Shown here: positions 29,227-38,600 of the stretch, in pieces | How positions within the stretch are numbered: position 1 is the stretch's first letter | Layout of the letters: each line of letters starts with the position of its first letter | Assembly: GCA_965216635.1 (NCBI GenBank) | Contig: OZ244188.1 | Span: 2,080,001-2,144,000, forward strand | DNA length: 64,000 nt | Source of the DNA: a bacterium | GTDB taxonomy: Bacteria > SAR324 > XYD2-FULL-50-16 > G965216635 | Direction of reading: 5' to 3' | Notes under the pieces: model-generated | What the model was told of the DNA's origin: nothing | What the model saw: only the letters and a program-made list of their open reading frames with translations | Databases searched by the model: none | Position numbers and translations under genes: made by a program

Positions 29227-30558
29227 ATGTCAAATAAAATTATAGGTAAAATTACTGGTAATATTACTGGTAAAACGCCAAATAAAATTACAGGTAAAAA
29301 TTTTACTGGCTTGGATGCGGGCTCTGTTATGGGTAGGTTTGCTGGTTCGTTTATGGCTGTGTTTTTAGTGGGTTTGCTTTTTTCTCTTGTAGCAGGGGTA
29401 GGAAATTTACAGGCACAGGAGAGACAGCAGGGTTGGTTTGTTGGTGTTAGTCCTTTTGTGATGGATGTAAAACTCAAAAAAACAAGCAGGCGAGTAAGTG
29501 AGGAAAGGACGGTAGTAAGCGAAGTAGTAAGCAAGGCAGTAAGTGCTATTAGCTACGACGCCAATGTGCCTAACTTTGCTTCAAATACCCTACACACACA
29601 ACGATTCGGTGGTGTTGATGGCGATAACCTAGCAGTTGCCATGGCGGCAATAGCAGATGCTATATCCTTGTGTCAGAACGGTGCAATACCCATAAAGGGT
29701 ATAGCTACCATCGGTTTGAATAGCTACGACGCAACGGAAAGCTTAATAGATGATCTAAGCCAACTCTTACAAAATACACCAGCAATATCCGTTGGCTCTA
29801 GCACAACAGATCAAGCTGCAGCAGCCCGCCGTTGTCAAACTTTTTTTGCTTCAGGTTTAGATCCCTCTGGTCCAGTGACAACCGTACTCCCAGAGTATAC
29901 AACAAAACTACCAGACAAAACCACAGAAGAAACCTCAAAACTCAAGGGAACAGGAATCTCGTTCGGTTTTAACTTTGAAAAATACTCCTTGTCTTTCAAC
30001 CAACTCCAATGGAGCGCAGGAGACGACAAACTGCAAGCCCAGGTGCTTTTAGCCCGTTACTTTCTACCCTACGGTCTTTCTGTAGGAGGGGGTTTAGCGA
30101 GTGCAAAGCTAGGCACAGTTTTTGGATCGGCATCGGGCACAGCCCCCGCCTTGCATTTTGCCTACAACCGAGCCATTACAAAAAACTTGCAGCTTCAGGT
30201 AGGTTTATTTTGGCTAGGGCTGGATCTTGCGGCGGCAGATACCCAGATTATTAATTCTACTCCTACGACTACAACTTCTACTCTAACTACTCATGCTTCT
30301 ACTTTCCAACAAAAGAGAGCCATACTTGGTCTGATTCGGAAACTTGGGTCAGCCGAGAATAACTATAATGCACTTAAAGGGAATTATGGTGGCACTCCCT
30401 TCGATACTAGAATAGTGGTTACCGCAAGGATTCCCCGCGAAGTGAGCACAACAACGACTACCAGCACTACAAAAACTGTGAGCGAAACCCACCACCAAAC
30501 CGCAGAAATAAAAAACCCCGCCACCATTAGCATAAATTTCATCTGGCGCTTTCGTTAA
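29227..30558 (+). CDS. Putative outer-membrane beta-barrel protein, paralog 2 (tandem duplicate)
   Basis: Barrel-like segments nearly identical to 27529-28908; inserts divergent. Confidence 0.65.
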   Translation: MSNKIIGKITGNITGKTPNKITGKNFTGLDAGSVMGRFAGSFMAVFLVGLLFSLVAGVGNLQAQERQQGWFVGVSPFVMDVKLKKTSRRVSEERTVVSEVVSKAVSAISYDANVPNFASNTLHTQRFGGVDGDNLAVAMAAIADAISLCQNGAIPIKGIATIGLNSYDATESLIDDLSQLLQNTPAISVGSSTTDQAAAARRCQTFFASGLDPSGPVTTVLPEYTTKLPDKTTEETSKLKGTGISFGFNFEKYSLSFNQLQWSAGDDKLQAQVLLARYFLPYGLSVGGGLASAKLGTVFGSASGTAPALHFAYNRAITKNLQLQVGLFWLGLDLAAADTQIINSTPTTTTSTLTTHASTFQQKRAILGLIRKLGSAENNYNALKGNYGGTPFDTRIVVTARIPREVSTTTTTSTTKTVSETHHQTAEIKNPATISINFIWRFR

Positions 30559-30652
30559 GGGCACTTTTAAAGAAAATTGCAGGGGATGTTTTTTTTACCA
30601 CCAACCTGCAAGGGATTTTTTAAAAAATAACGTTCCCAGAATACAAAAAAAA

Positions 30653-30901
30653 ATGAAAGAAGAAAAAATTTTAAAACTAGAAATAATAAAAGAAAAATTG
30701 ACTCTTCTCAGACTATTTTTGAGTTTGACTATTATTGCTATTTTTGGTATTGTAGGATGGACTTGGATAAATTATAGCAATGTTATTCGCCATAGCTATG
30801 ATAACCGTTTTTACCTTATTTGTATTGTTGCTTTTTTTATAATAGCTCTCGCTTTAAGTTTATTAATTAGAATATTAACCTTGTTCAAAAAAATATTATG
30901 A
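30653..30901 (+). CDS. Small two-TM membrane protein
   Basis: Two hydrophobic helices. Confidence 0.55.
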   Translation: MKEEKILKLEIIKEKLTLLRLFLSLTIIAIFGIVGWTWINYSNVIRHSYDNRFYLICIVAFFIIALALSLLIRILTLFKKIL

Positions 30902-31077
30902 AAGAAATTTTGCCTTTACTTCTCCCTGTTGTTTTATTATTTTTGGGATTCATACTCCCTGTTGGTTATTTTGTTTTTTTTGATAAAGATTTGCTTATAT
31001 TGAATGAAAAAAGCAAAAAACAAAAAAACAAAAAACAAAAAACAAAAATAAACCAAAAAACAAGACCACTGCATTAG
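30898..31077 (+). CDS. Small single-TM protein, 59 aa (not in ORF track)
   Basis: ATGA overlap with previous ORF; MKEILPLLLPVVLLFLGFILPVGYFVFF followed by a Lys-rich tail. Confidence 0.35.
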   Translation: MKEILPLLLPVVLLFLGFILPVGYFVFFDKDLLILNEKSKKQKNKKQKTKINQKTRPLH

Positions 31078-31201
31078 TGTTATGCTTACCCCACTATTGG
31101 GGCTATACTGCTAAAGTTAGACAAATATAGACATTTCTACATAAGATAAAAAATTATCCGCATTGCTTAGCTTTCCTATAATGCTAAAATTCAAAGGTCT
31201 A
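31063..31201. mobile_element. Degenerate MITE-like repeat abutting the next start codon
   Basis: tagtgttatgcttaccccactattggggcta...ctttcctataatgctaaaattcaaaggtcta. Confidence 0.7.
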
Positions 31202-32391
31202 TGAAATTTACTCTATCCATTCTCAATAGCTCTTTTTTTAAAAAACTGGAAAGTTGTCTTGCCCTAGATAGTAAAAAATCATTACAAGAAATTTTACTTT
31301 ATCCCGCGTCTCTTTCAAAATACGGCAGTCTTACCCTAAAAGACGCAAAAAACCACGCTATAAACAGCAATAGTTGGCAAAATAAAAAAATAGTTTTGGT
31401 GTGGGATTTACTCCCCGATGACGAGCAACTACGGGAGCAGTCTTTAGCATTAAAATCTTGGTTAGAGCTTTTAAAGCAAACCTCTCACAGCATTAGTATT
31501 CGCTTTCAAGACCCTGGTGTGGGTTTTTTTTTACAGCAGAAATACTCTGATTTAGCATTGCAGTTAAGTTTAGAAAGATTCAGCCATAATTTGCATTCTG
31601 CTTCTCATTGGGAAAAAATTTTTCAGCCGCAACTAGAAAAAATTATTCTCTCCAACTTAACTCCACTTTCCACAATCCAAGAATGGCTTAAAACAATAAA
31701 GACAGATACCGAATTGCTAGGAATCGGAAGATTAGAAATTTTTTATTCTCCTCGTGAGCTAGTTTCTGGTGTTTTAAATTTTGATAATGAGAAAAAATCT
31801 CCAGTAGAACCACTGGTAGAACAGCAGGTTAAAATAGAAAGTATAGATAGGGTTGGTTCTTGGAATAGGCTAGTGCAAAATTCCAGAGGCAGCGTTCTTT
31901 TTAATGCTAAAGATGTTTGTGTTTTGAATTATTGGGAAGCTATAAAAGCCGCAGGGGTCAAATTCCTTCGTTTAGAGCCTTACCAATTAGAGCAATTTTC
32001 TTTTATTGAAGAGGCACTAAAAACTGATTGGCTAGCACTCCCACGTCTTTGGGAGACGGGTCACATAGCGGGTTTTTTAAAGGTCAACCGCACGGACGCT
32101 CAATTTAAAATGTTAAAAAACAAAAACTTAAAAGCAGAAAACAGAGAAAAAATAGGAAAAATTATAGAGAGCGAAAAAAAAAGTTACACAGTACTAAAAT
32201 TACAAAAAGAAGTGAAACTGCCTTGCAATGCAGTGCTCTATAACCCCGAAGGCAAAAAACTAGAGCTAAAAATCGCAGAGTTGGAATCTTTAACTTCTTC
32301 CAAAGTAGAAAAAAGTCTAGCCAAAGAGGGGTTTTATATTATGCCGTATGTGCCTTATGGGGTTGCGTCTAGTAGTCTCTTCCTAAATTAG
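31201..32391 (+). CDS. Divergent U32 peptidase-family-like protein
   Basis: FQDPGV, ELLGIGRLEIFYSPR, LFNAKDVC, AGVKFLRLE resemble U32 motifs. Confidence 0.6.
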   Translation: MKFTLSILNSSFFKKLESCLALDSKKSLQEILLYPASLSKYGSLTLKDAKNHAINSNSWQNKKIVLVWDLLPDDEQLREQSLALKSWLELLKQTSHSISIRFQDPGVGFFLQQKYSDLALQLSLERFSHNLHSASHWEKIFQPQLEKIILSNLTPLSTIQEWLKTIKTDTELLGIGRLEIFYSPRELVSGVLNFDNEKKSPVEPLVEQQVKIESIDRVGSWNRLVQNSRGSVLFNAKDVCVLNYWEAIKAAGVKFLRLEPYQLEQFSFIEEALKTDWLALPRLWETGHIAGFLKVNRTDAQFKMLKNKNLKAENREKIGKIIESEKKSYTVLKLQKEVKLPCNAVLYNPEGKKLELKIAELESLTSSKVEKSLAKEGFYIMPYVPYGVASSSLFLN

Positions 32392-33182
32392 GCATTATAG
32401 TTCGGCTATACTGCGTTGCTCAAATTTTTTATTCCTCAAAATACTGGAGTATTCCTCGTAATAAAAAATTTTCGCGCCTTGTCTAGCCTTCCTATAATGC
32501 CTAATTCATCTGCTTATTTAACTATTGGGGCTATACTGCGTTGCTCAAATTTTTTATTCCTCAAAATACTGGAGTATTCCTCGTAATAAAAAATTTTCGC
32601 GCCTTGTCTAGCCTTCCTATAATGCCTAATTCATCTGTTTAGCCAAAACAGGCTTATTGCTTGACGCTTTTTATGGGCTATTTGTGAAACAGCCAAAGGG
32701 CTGTTTCACATTTCATTCTTGCTGAACGTTTAGTTTTGTAGTGTTTTGCACTACGCCATTAAAAAAAAATTTTAACTCTTGAAATACTCCAGTATTCCAG
32801 CGAGTTAATTTTTTTTTTTGCCTTGTCTAGCCTTCCTATAATGCCTAATTCATCTGCTTAGCCAAAACAGGCTTATTGCTTGACGCTTTTTATGGGCTAT
32901 TTGTGAAACAGCCAAAGGGCTGTTTCACATTTCATTCTTGCTGAACGTTTAGTTTTACAGTGTTTTGCACTACGCCATTAAAAAAAAATTTTAACTCTTG
33001 AAATACTCTCTTATTGCTATCTATTTCATAAGGGCTATAGTAAAAGTGCCTTTTGGCACTTTTACATCTCTTTTTGAGAATTATGCAAGTTTTACAGTGC
33101 CTGGTCACATTATTGTGGCACTACGATATTCCAGCGAGCTAAAATTTTTTTTTGCCTTGGCTAAACAGAACGCTAATTCAAT
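32385..33182. repeat. Cluster of tandem and nested MITE-like palindromic modules
   Basis: ggctatactgcgttgctc...cgcgccttgtctagcc unit twice, a ~219-bp unit twice and three copies of the cttattgc...gcactacg module. Confidence 0.88.
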
Positions 33183-34020
33183 AGGTTTTTGTTGTTTTGC
33201 GGACAAATCCATAAGCCCATTGCAACACAAAAGCAGGTAGCAATCTTACCACAGTTCGCAGAATCATATTTCTGATAAACTCTAAAAAATTGATAAAGCC
33301 GCTTTTAAGGAAAAAAGAATGCAAAACCCATTCTGTTTTTAGATATTTCAAACCTCCTCTACGGGCAAACATTTTTTTACTAGCTCTTTGTAGCACAAGA
33401 TTTTCTGGCTGGTTTATTAAACGAAAATCTAAAAGTAACATTTTCACCCATAGGTGATAGTCTTCCATAGCAGGGTAGTCTTCATACCCGCCTGCTTTTA
33501 ATACTACCGCTTTTCTATAAAATACAGTCATATGATTAAAAGGATTTCTTTTTTTAGCGAAGGAGCGCACAGCTTTATAGGTTTTCGGGATGGATTTAAT
33601 TCTATATTGGGATGGAGAATTTTCTAAAAATTCCAAACTCTGCCCGCCTATTAAATCTGCGGTAGGATTTTTTTTTAAAAAATCTACTTGTTTTTGGAAT
33701 CTATGGGGAAGACAAATATCATCGGCGTCAAATCTAGCTATCCATTCGTATTTGCAGGCTGCTATTCCTCTGTTTAGTGTATTGGCTAGCCCTTGGGGCT
33801 CTTTATTTTTTGGGGAGATAGCTTTTAAAGGAATTTTTACTTGATTTATTTTTTTTTGAAAGACACGGATTACTTCTTTCAAGTCTTGGAGAATTTTGCC
33901 GTCTTCTACGATTATTATTTCACTGGGGAGATAGGTCTGAGTGGCAACGCTTTCTAAGGCTGTTTGTAGCCATTCTTTCTTATCTCCTCTATAAACAGGT
34001 ATCAACAAACTAAACTTCAT
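33178..34020 (-). CDS. GT2 glycosyltransferase (AmsE-like)
   Basis: FSLLIPVY, ARFDADD, RNPFNHMTV, MEDYHLW, RRGG. Confidence 0.9.
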   Translation of the reverse strand: MKFSLLIPVYRGDKKEWLQTALESVATQTYLPSEIIIVEDGKILQDLKEVIRVFQKKINQVKIPLKAISPKNKEPQGLANTLNRGIAACKYEWIARFDADDICLPHRFQKQVDFLKKNPTADLIGGQSLEFLENSPSQYRIKSIPKTYKAVRSFAKKRNPFNHMTVFYRKAVVLKAGGYEDYPAMEDYHLWVKMLLLDFRLINQPENLVLQRASKKMFARRGGLKYLKTEWVLHSFFLKSGFINFLEFIRNMILRTVVRLLPAFVLQWAYGFVRKTTKTY

Positions 34021-34021
34021 A

Positions 34022-35083
34022 TTAGGCTAAGTCACCGTATTCTTTAATATGAGGCTTGATTCTTTCGTTTGTGCCGTAGATAAAGTGCTGTTCCATATTT
34101 TCACGGAATCTGCAAGCAGCTGGTTTTTTTCCCATAGCTTCTGCTACTTCTCTAATCAGCATAGGATTAGCACCGCAACAAACTCCTAGATATTTTATCC
34201 CCATCTTGTAAGCCTCTTCGGCAAAAGAGCGAATCTCGTAGCGATTCATAAATAAAGGATCTAGAGCCGTAGGAAAGGTTCTGCCATGTGGAGAAGGACA
34301 GCTACAGTTTGGATAATCGGGCAAATTAAAGAAAGTAGGGTTTTTCTCGCTTGTCCTAAAAGGAATAGGTAAAGCTGCCATGTGGCACTTTAATTTTTTG
34401 CGCGCCTCTCTTAGATAAGGCATCATAGTAGTAGGACCTCTAAAACAATTCATACCCGTAATATCCGCCCCTTTTTGCTCTAGTTCGGACAAGCATTCCA
34501 CAATTTCTACATTATCTCGCATAATATTTTCTCCCATTGGAGAGATTGTCAAAACAGCTGGTAACCCAGAGGCTTTTATAGATTCTAAGGCACAATAGGC
34601 TTCTCCAGCGTAGTAAAAGGTTTCTCCAATAATAAAATCAGCACCTTCCTCTACAGCCCAACCTACCATTTCATCAAACATTGCTCTAACTTCTTTTTGA
34701 GAATTTTCATCATCGGGATTCCAGAGATTTGTATTAGAAATATTTCCAGCCATTAGATTAGGCTCGCTTCCTTCTGGGACATCATCAGCAACTTCTTTAG
34801 CAATTTTTAGAGCAGATCTATTTAAAGGTTCCAAAAGATGCTCTTTTTCAATGATTCTCATTTTTTCGCGGTGTCCGTTATAAGTGAAAGCTTCCACAAC
34901 ATCGGAACCAGCGTGTTGAAAATCTTTGTGTAGACTTTTCAAAGCGTCTGGACACTCCAAGGCAACCTCTGGGACAAATTCTCCAGAAGCAAGGTATCCT
35001 CTTCTTTCCATTTCAAATAAAAAGCCTTCAGCACAAAGAACGCCTTCGGCGTCTAATCTTTCCAATATATTTCTTTTTTTCAT
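34022..35083 (-). CDS. Homocysteine S-methyltransferase family protein (BHMT-like)
   Basis: AEGFLFEMERRGY, AGSDVVEAFTY, GMNC, GVCCG zinc ligands. Confidence 0.9.
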   Translation of the reverse strand: MKKRNILERLDAEGVLCAEGFLFEMERRGYLASGEFVPEVALECPDALKSLHKDFQHAGSDVVEAFTYNGHREKMRIIEKEHLLEPLNRSALKIAKEVADDVPEGSEPNLMAGNISNTNLWNPDDENSQKEVRAMFDEMVGWAVEEGADFIIGETFYYAGEAYCALESIKASGLPAVLTISPMGENIMRDNVEIVECLSELEQKGADITGMNCFRGPTTMMPYLREARKKLKCHMAALPIPFRTSEKNPTFFNLPDYPNCSCPSPHGRTFPTALDPLFMNRYEIRSFAEEAYKMGIKYLGVCCGANPMLIREVAEAMGKKPAACRFRENMEQHFIYGTNERIKPHIKEYGDLA

Positions 35084-35136
35084 TTTTTGGTTTTTAAAAA
35101 ATTAAGCCTGATTTCTATAGGCTTTATAATACAGTA

Positions 35137-35447
35137 GAGACTATTGAATTAGACATTCTAGTTCAGCTATACTGCGTTGCTCAAATTTTTTATCACTCAA
35201 AATACTCTCTCATTGCATAAGATAAAGTAAAGGATATAGTAAAAGAGCCACTGGCTCTTTTACATTTCACTTTTGCTAAATGCAAATTATAGAGTGTTTT
35301 TCACTACGATATTCTTCGTGGGTAAAAAATTTTCGCGCCTTGTCTAGCTTTCCTATAATGCTAAAGTTCAACAGTCTCAGTAGACTATTGAATTTGCGTT
35401 TTGTTCAGCCAAAACTAGCCGTCACATCAGCGAAATTCAAAGGTCTA
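35137..35447. mobile_element. Inverted pyk-type MITE (35137-35378) carrying a nested module, next to a short MITE
   Basis: gagactattgaa / ttcaacagtctc flanked by agta direct repeat; second element ends aaattcaaaggtcta. Confidence 0.85.
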
Positions 35448-35634
35448 TACAGGTATTTGGCATTAACAAAGTCCTTATGTTAGTATTTAAATAAAGAAAT
35501 ATCAAACCTTATACAAAATTTGTATTTTTTTTAAAATGCTATTTTGATAAAAAACTTGACAAATTTCTCTTTTTATAGCTAAAATATAAACTTTTTATAA
35601 ACGAAATGCAAGTATTTACATAAATATTTAGATT

Positions 35635-38600
35635 ATGACACAAGAAAAAAGTATAGCACAGGCAAAAACACCTCCAATAGAAACTTCTGCTCAAGCAGTA
35701 AAAACTTTGGAAGGAGCAAACACAACGGCTGCTGCTAAAACTAAACAAAAAACACTTCTATCAGCAGTGGTTAGCTCTCCAGTTGAAATTGTAGAGAAAG
35801 AAATTGCTGTAGAACCAGAAGAATCACAAAATTATTTGAGTAATATTCAATTCAATTTTAAAGGTGATGTGAAACTAGAAAAATTCAAATCCAAAAATAA
35901 GTTTGATAAGGAAAGCGTTATTAGCGGAAATGTTATTAGTATTTCGGATGATTTTATAGGTATAGATGTGGATTATAAATCCATTGCTATGATACCCAAA
36001 GAGCAATTTGTAGATAAAGATGGCAATCTGGCTACAGAAATAGGTAAGGAAGAAGAAGTCTATGTAGAACGTTTAGAGGATTCAGATGGACAGATTAAAG
36101 CCTCCAAAAGAAAATTTAAGATAGTTCGTGTTTGGGAGCAGGTACAAACTGCGTTTAAAAAAAAGACGACAGTTGAGGGAACCATTTTAGAAAAAATAAA
36201 GGGTGGTATGAAAGTGGATATTGGGATAACTGCCTTTTTACCAGATTCTCATATTGATTTAAAACCGATTTTTAATATAGAAGATGTTATTGGAAAAACT
36301 TTTGAATTTAAAGTTCTAAAATACAACAAAAAAAGAGCCAATATTGTGATTTCTCGTAGAGCTCTTTTAGAGTTGGACAGATTGGAGAGGAGGGGAGAAA
36401 TTCTCAAAAAGATAAAAAAAGGAAACAAGGTCAAGGGGATGGTGAAAAATATTACGGAATACGGTGCCTTTATAGATATAGGTGGTATAGACGGTCTGCT
36501 CCATATTACAGATATGACTTGGGGTAGAATTTCGCACCCATCTGAAGTTTGTTCTATTGGCGATACGGTAGACGTAATTATTATGGATTTTAATTTAGAG
36601 CAGAATAAGGTCTCACTCGGTTTGAAACAAAAAACTGCAGATCCTTGGGGAAATATCAAAAAATATAAAATAGGTAATGTGGTCAATGGAAAAATCACAA
36701 GTATTACAGCCTACGGGCTTTTTATGGAAATAGAAGAGGGTGTAGAAGGGTTGGTGCACAATACAGAAATGTCTTGGTCTAAAAAAATAATGGGCATTGA
36801 TGATATAAAGCAAAAAGTAGGCGATAAAATCAAAGCTATGGTTAAAGAGATAGACAAGGATAAAAGAAGAATTTCTCTCTCTGTTAGAAAACTAACCCTG
36901 AATCCATGGAACGTAATTGCGGCAACTGTTAAGAAAGATTCTATTATAGAGGGTATGGTACAAAATGTAACAGAGTTTGGTATTTTTATTACTTTACGAC
37001 AAGGAGTAGATGGTTTGGTGCATATTTCCGATATTGATTGGAATAATCGCCAAAAGGCTTTGATGGATATTTATAAAAAAGGACAAAATATTAAAGTGAG
37101 AGTTATTTCTGTAGACGCAAAAACGGAAAGGCTGGCTTTAGGTATTAAGCAACTTACAGCTAATCCATGGATTGGCATAGAGAAAAAATTAGCCGCCGGA
37201 GATTTAGTCAAGGGCACAATTCGCTATATTAGTGAGTTTGGTTTGTTTGTGGAAACAGCTGAAAAAGTAGAAGGTTTGTTGCACATAAATAAAATGGATT
37301 CCAGTCTCAATTCTAAAGAGCAGTTAGAGAAAAAATACGCTATCGGGGATACTATTGGAGTGAAAATTTTAAAAATAGAAGCAAGCACACAAAAATTAGC
37401 TTTTATTTTACAAAAATCTAAGAAGGTAAAATCTGTAACCGAAGCAAAAGACGGTGATGGTTCTGTAACGCAGCCGCCAAAAGTAACTTTTGATACAGAA
37501 ACAAAAACCACACAAGAGCAAAAATCCGAAAGTTCAAAGGAGAGCAAATCGGTAAAGAGCAGCTCAGGAGAAGATAAAAAAGAGAATGTTCCTCAGCAAA
37601 AATCCGAAAGTTCAAAGGAGAGCAAATCGGTGAAGATCAGCTCAGGAGAAGATAAAAAAGATAATATTCCTCAGCAAGAATCCGAAAGTTCAAAGGAGAG
37701 CCAAGCGGTGAAGAGCAGCTCAGGAGAAGATAAAAAAGAAAATGTTTCTCAGCAAGAATCCGAAAGTTCAAAGGAGAGCCAATCGGTGAAGAGCCAATCG
37801 GTGAAGAGCAGCTCAGTAGAAGATAAAAAAGAGAATGTTCCTCAGCAAGAATCCGAAAGTTCAAAGGAGAGCCAATCGGTGAAGAGCCAATCGGTAAAGA
37901 TCAGCCCAGTAGAAGATAAAAAAGAGAATGTTTCTCAGCAAGAACCCGAAAGTTCAAAAGAGAGCCAATTGGTGAAGAGCAGCTCAGGAGAAGATAAAAA
38001 AGAGAATATTTCTCAGCAAAAATCCGAAAGTTCAAAGGAGAGCCAAGCGGTGAAGAGCCAAGCGGAAAAGAGCAGCTCAGTAGAAGATAAAAAAGAGAAT
38101 GTTTCTCAGCAAAAATCCGAAAGTTCAAAAGAGATCCAAGCGCTAAAGAGCAGCTCAGTAGAAGATAAAAAAGAGAATATTTCTCAGCAAGAATCCGAAA
38201 GTTCAAAAGAGATCCAAGCGCTAAAGAGCAGCTCAGTAGAAGATAAAAAAGAAAATGTTTCTCAGCAAAAATCCGAAAGTTCAAAGGAGAGCCAAGCGGT
38301 GAAGAGCCAAGCGGAAAAGAGCAGCTCAGTAGAAGCTAAAAAAGAGAATATTTCTCAGCAAGGATCCGAAAGTTCAAAGGAGAGCCAAGCGGTAAAGAGC
38401 AGCTCAGGAGAAGATAAAAAAGAGAATATTTCTCAGCAAGAATCCGAAAGTTCAAAAGAGATCCAAGCGCTAAAGAGCAGCTCAGTAGAAGATAAAAAAG
38501 AGAATATTTCTCAGCAAGAATCCGAAAGTTCAAAAGAGATCCAAGCGCTAAAGAGCAGCTCAGTAGAAGATAAAAAAGAAAATGTTTCTCAGCAAAAATC

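Noticed and set aside
27529..30558. Diversity-generating retroelement TR/VR pair
   Set aside because: Both are full genes, differences include indels and all bases rather than adenine only, and no reverse transcriptase is present
5353..35483. Short ORFs at 5353, 8591, 25365, 32998, 35280 and the N-terminal extension at 25484
   Set aside because: They are read from MITE sequence; mutual similarity reflects the DNA repeat
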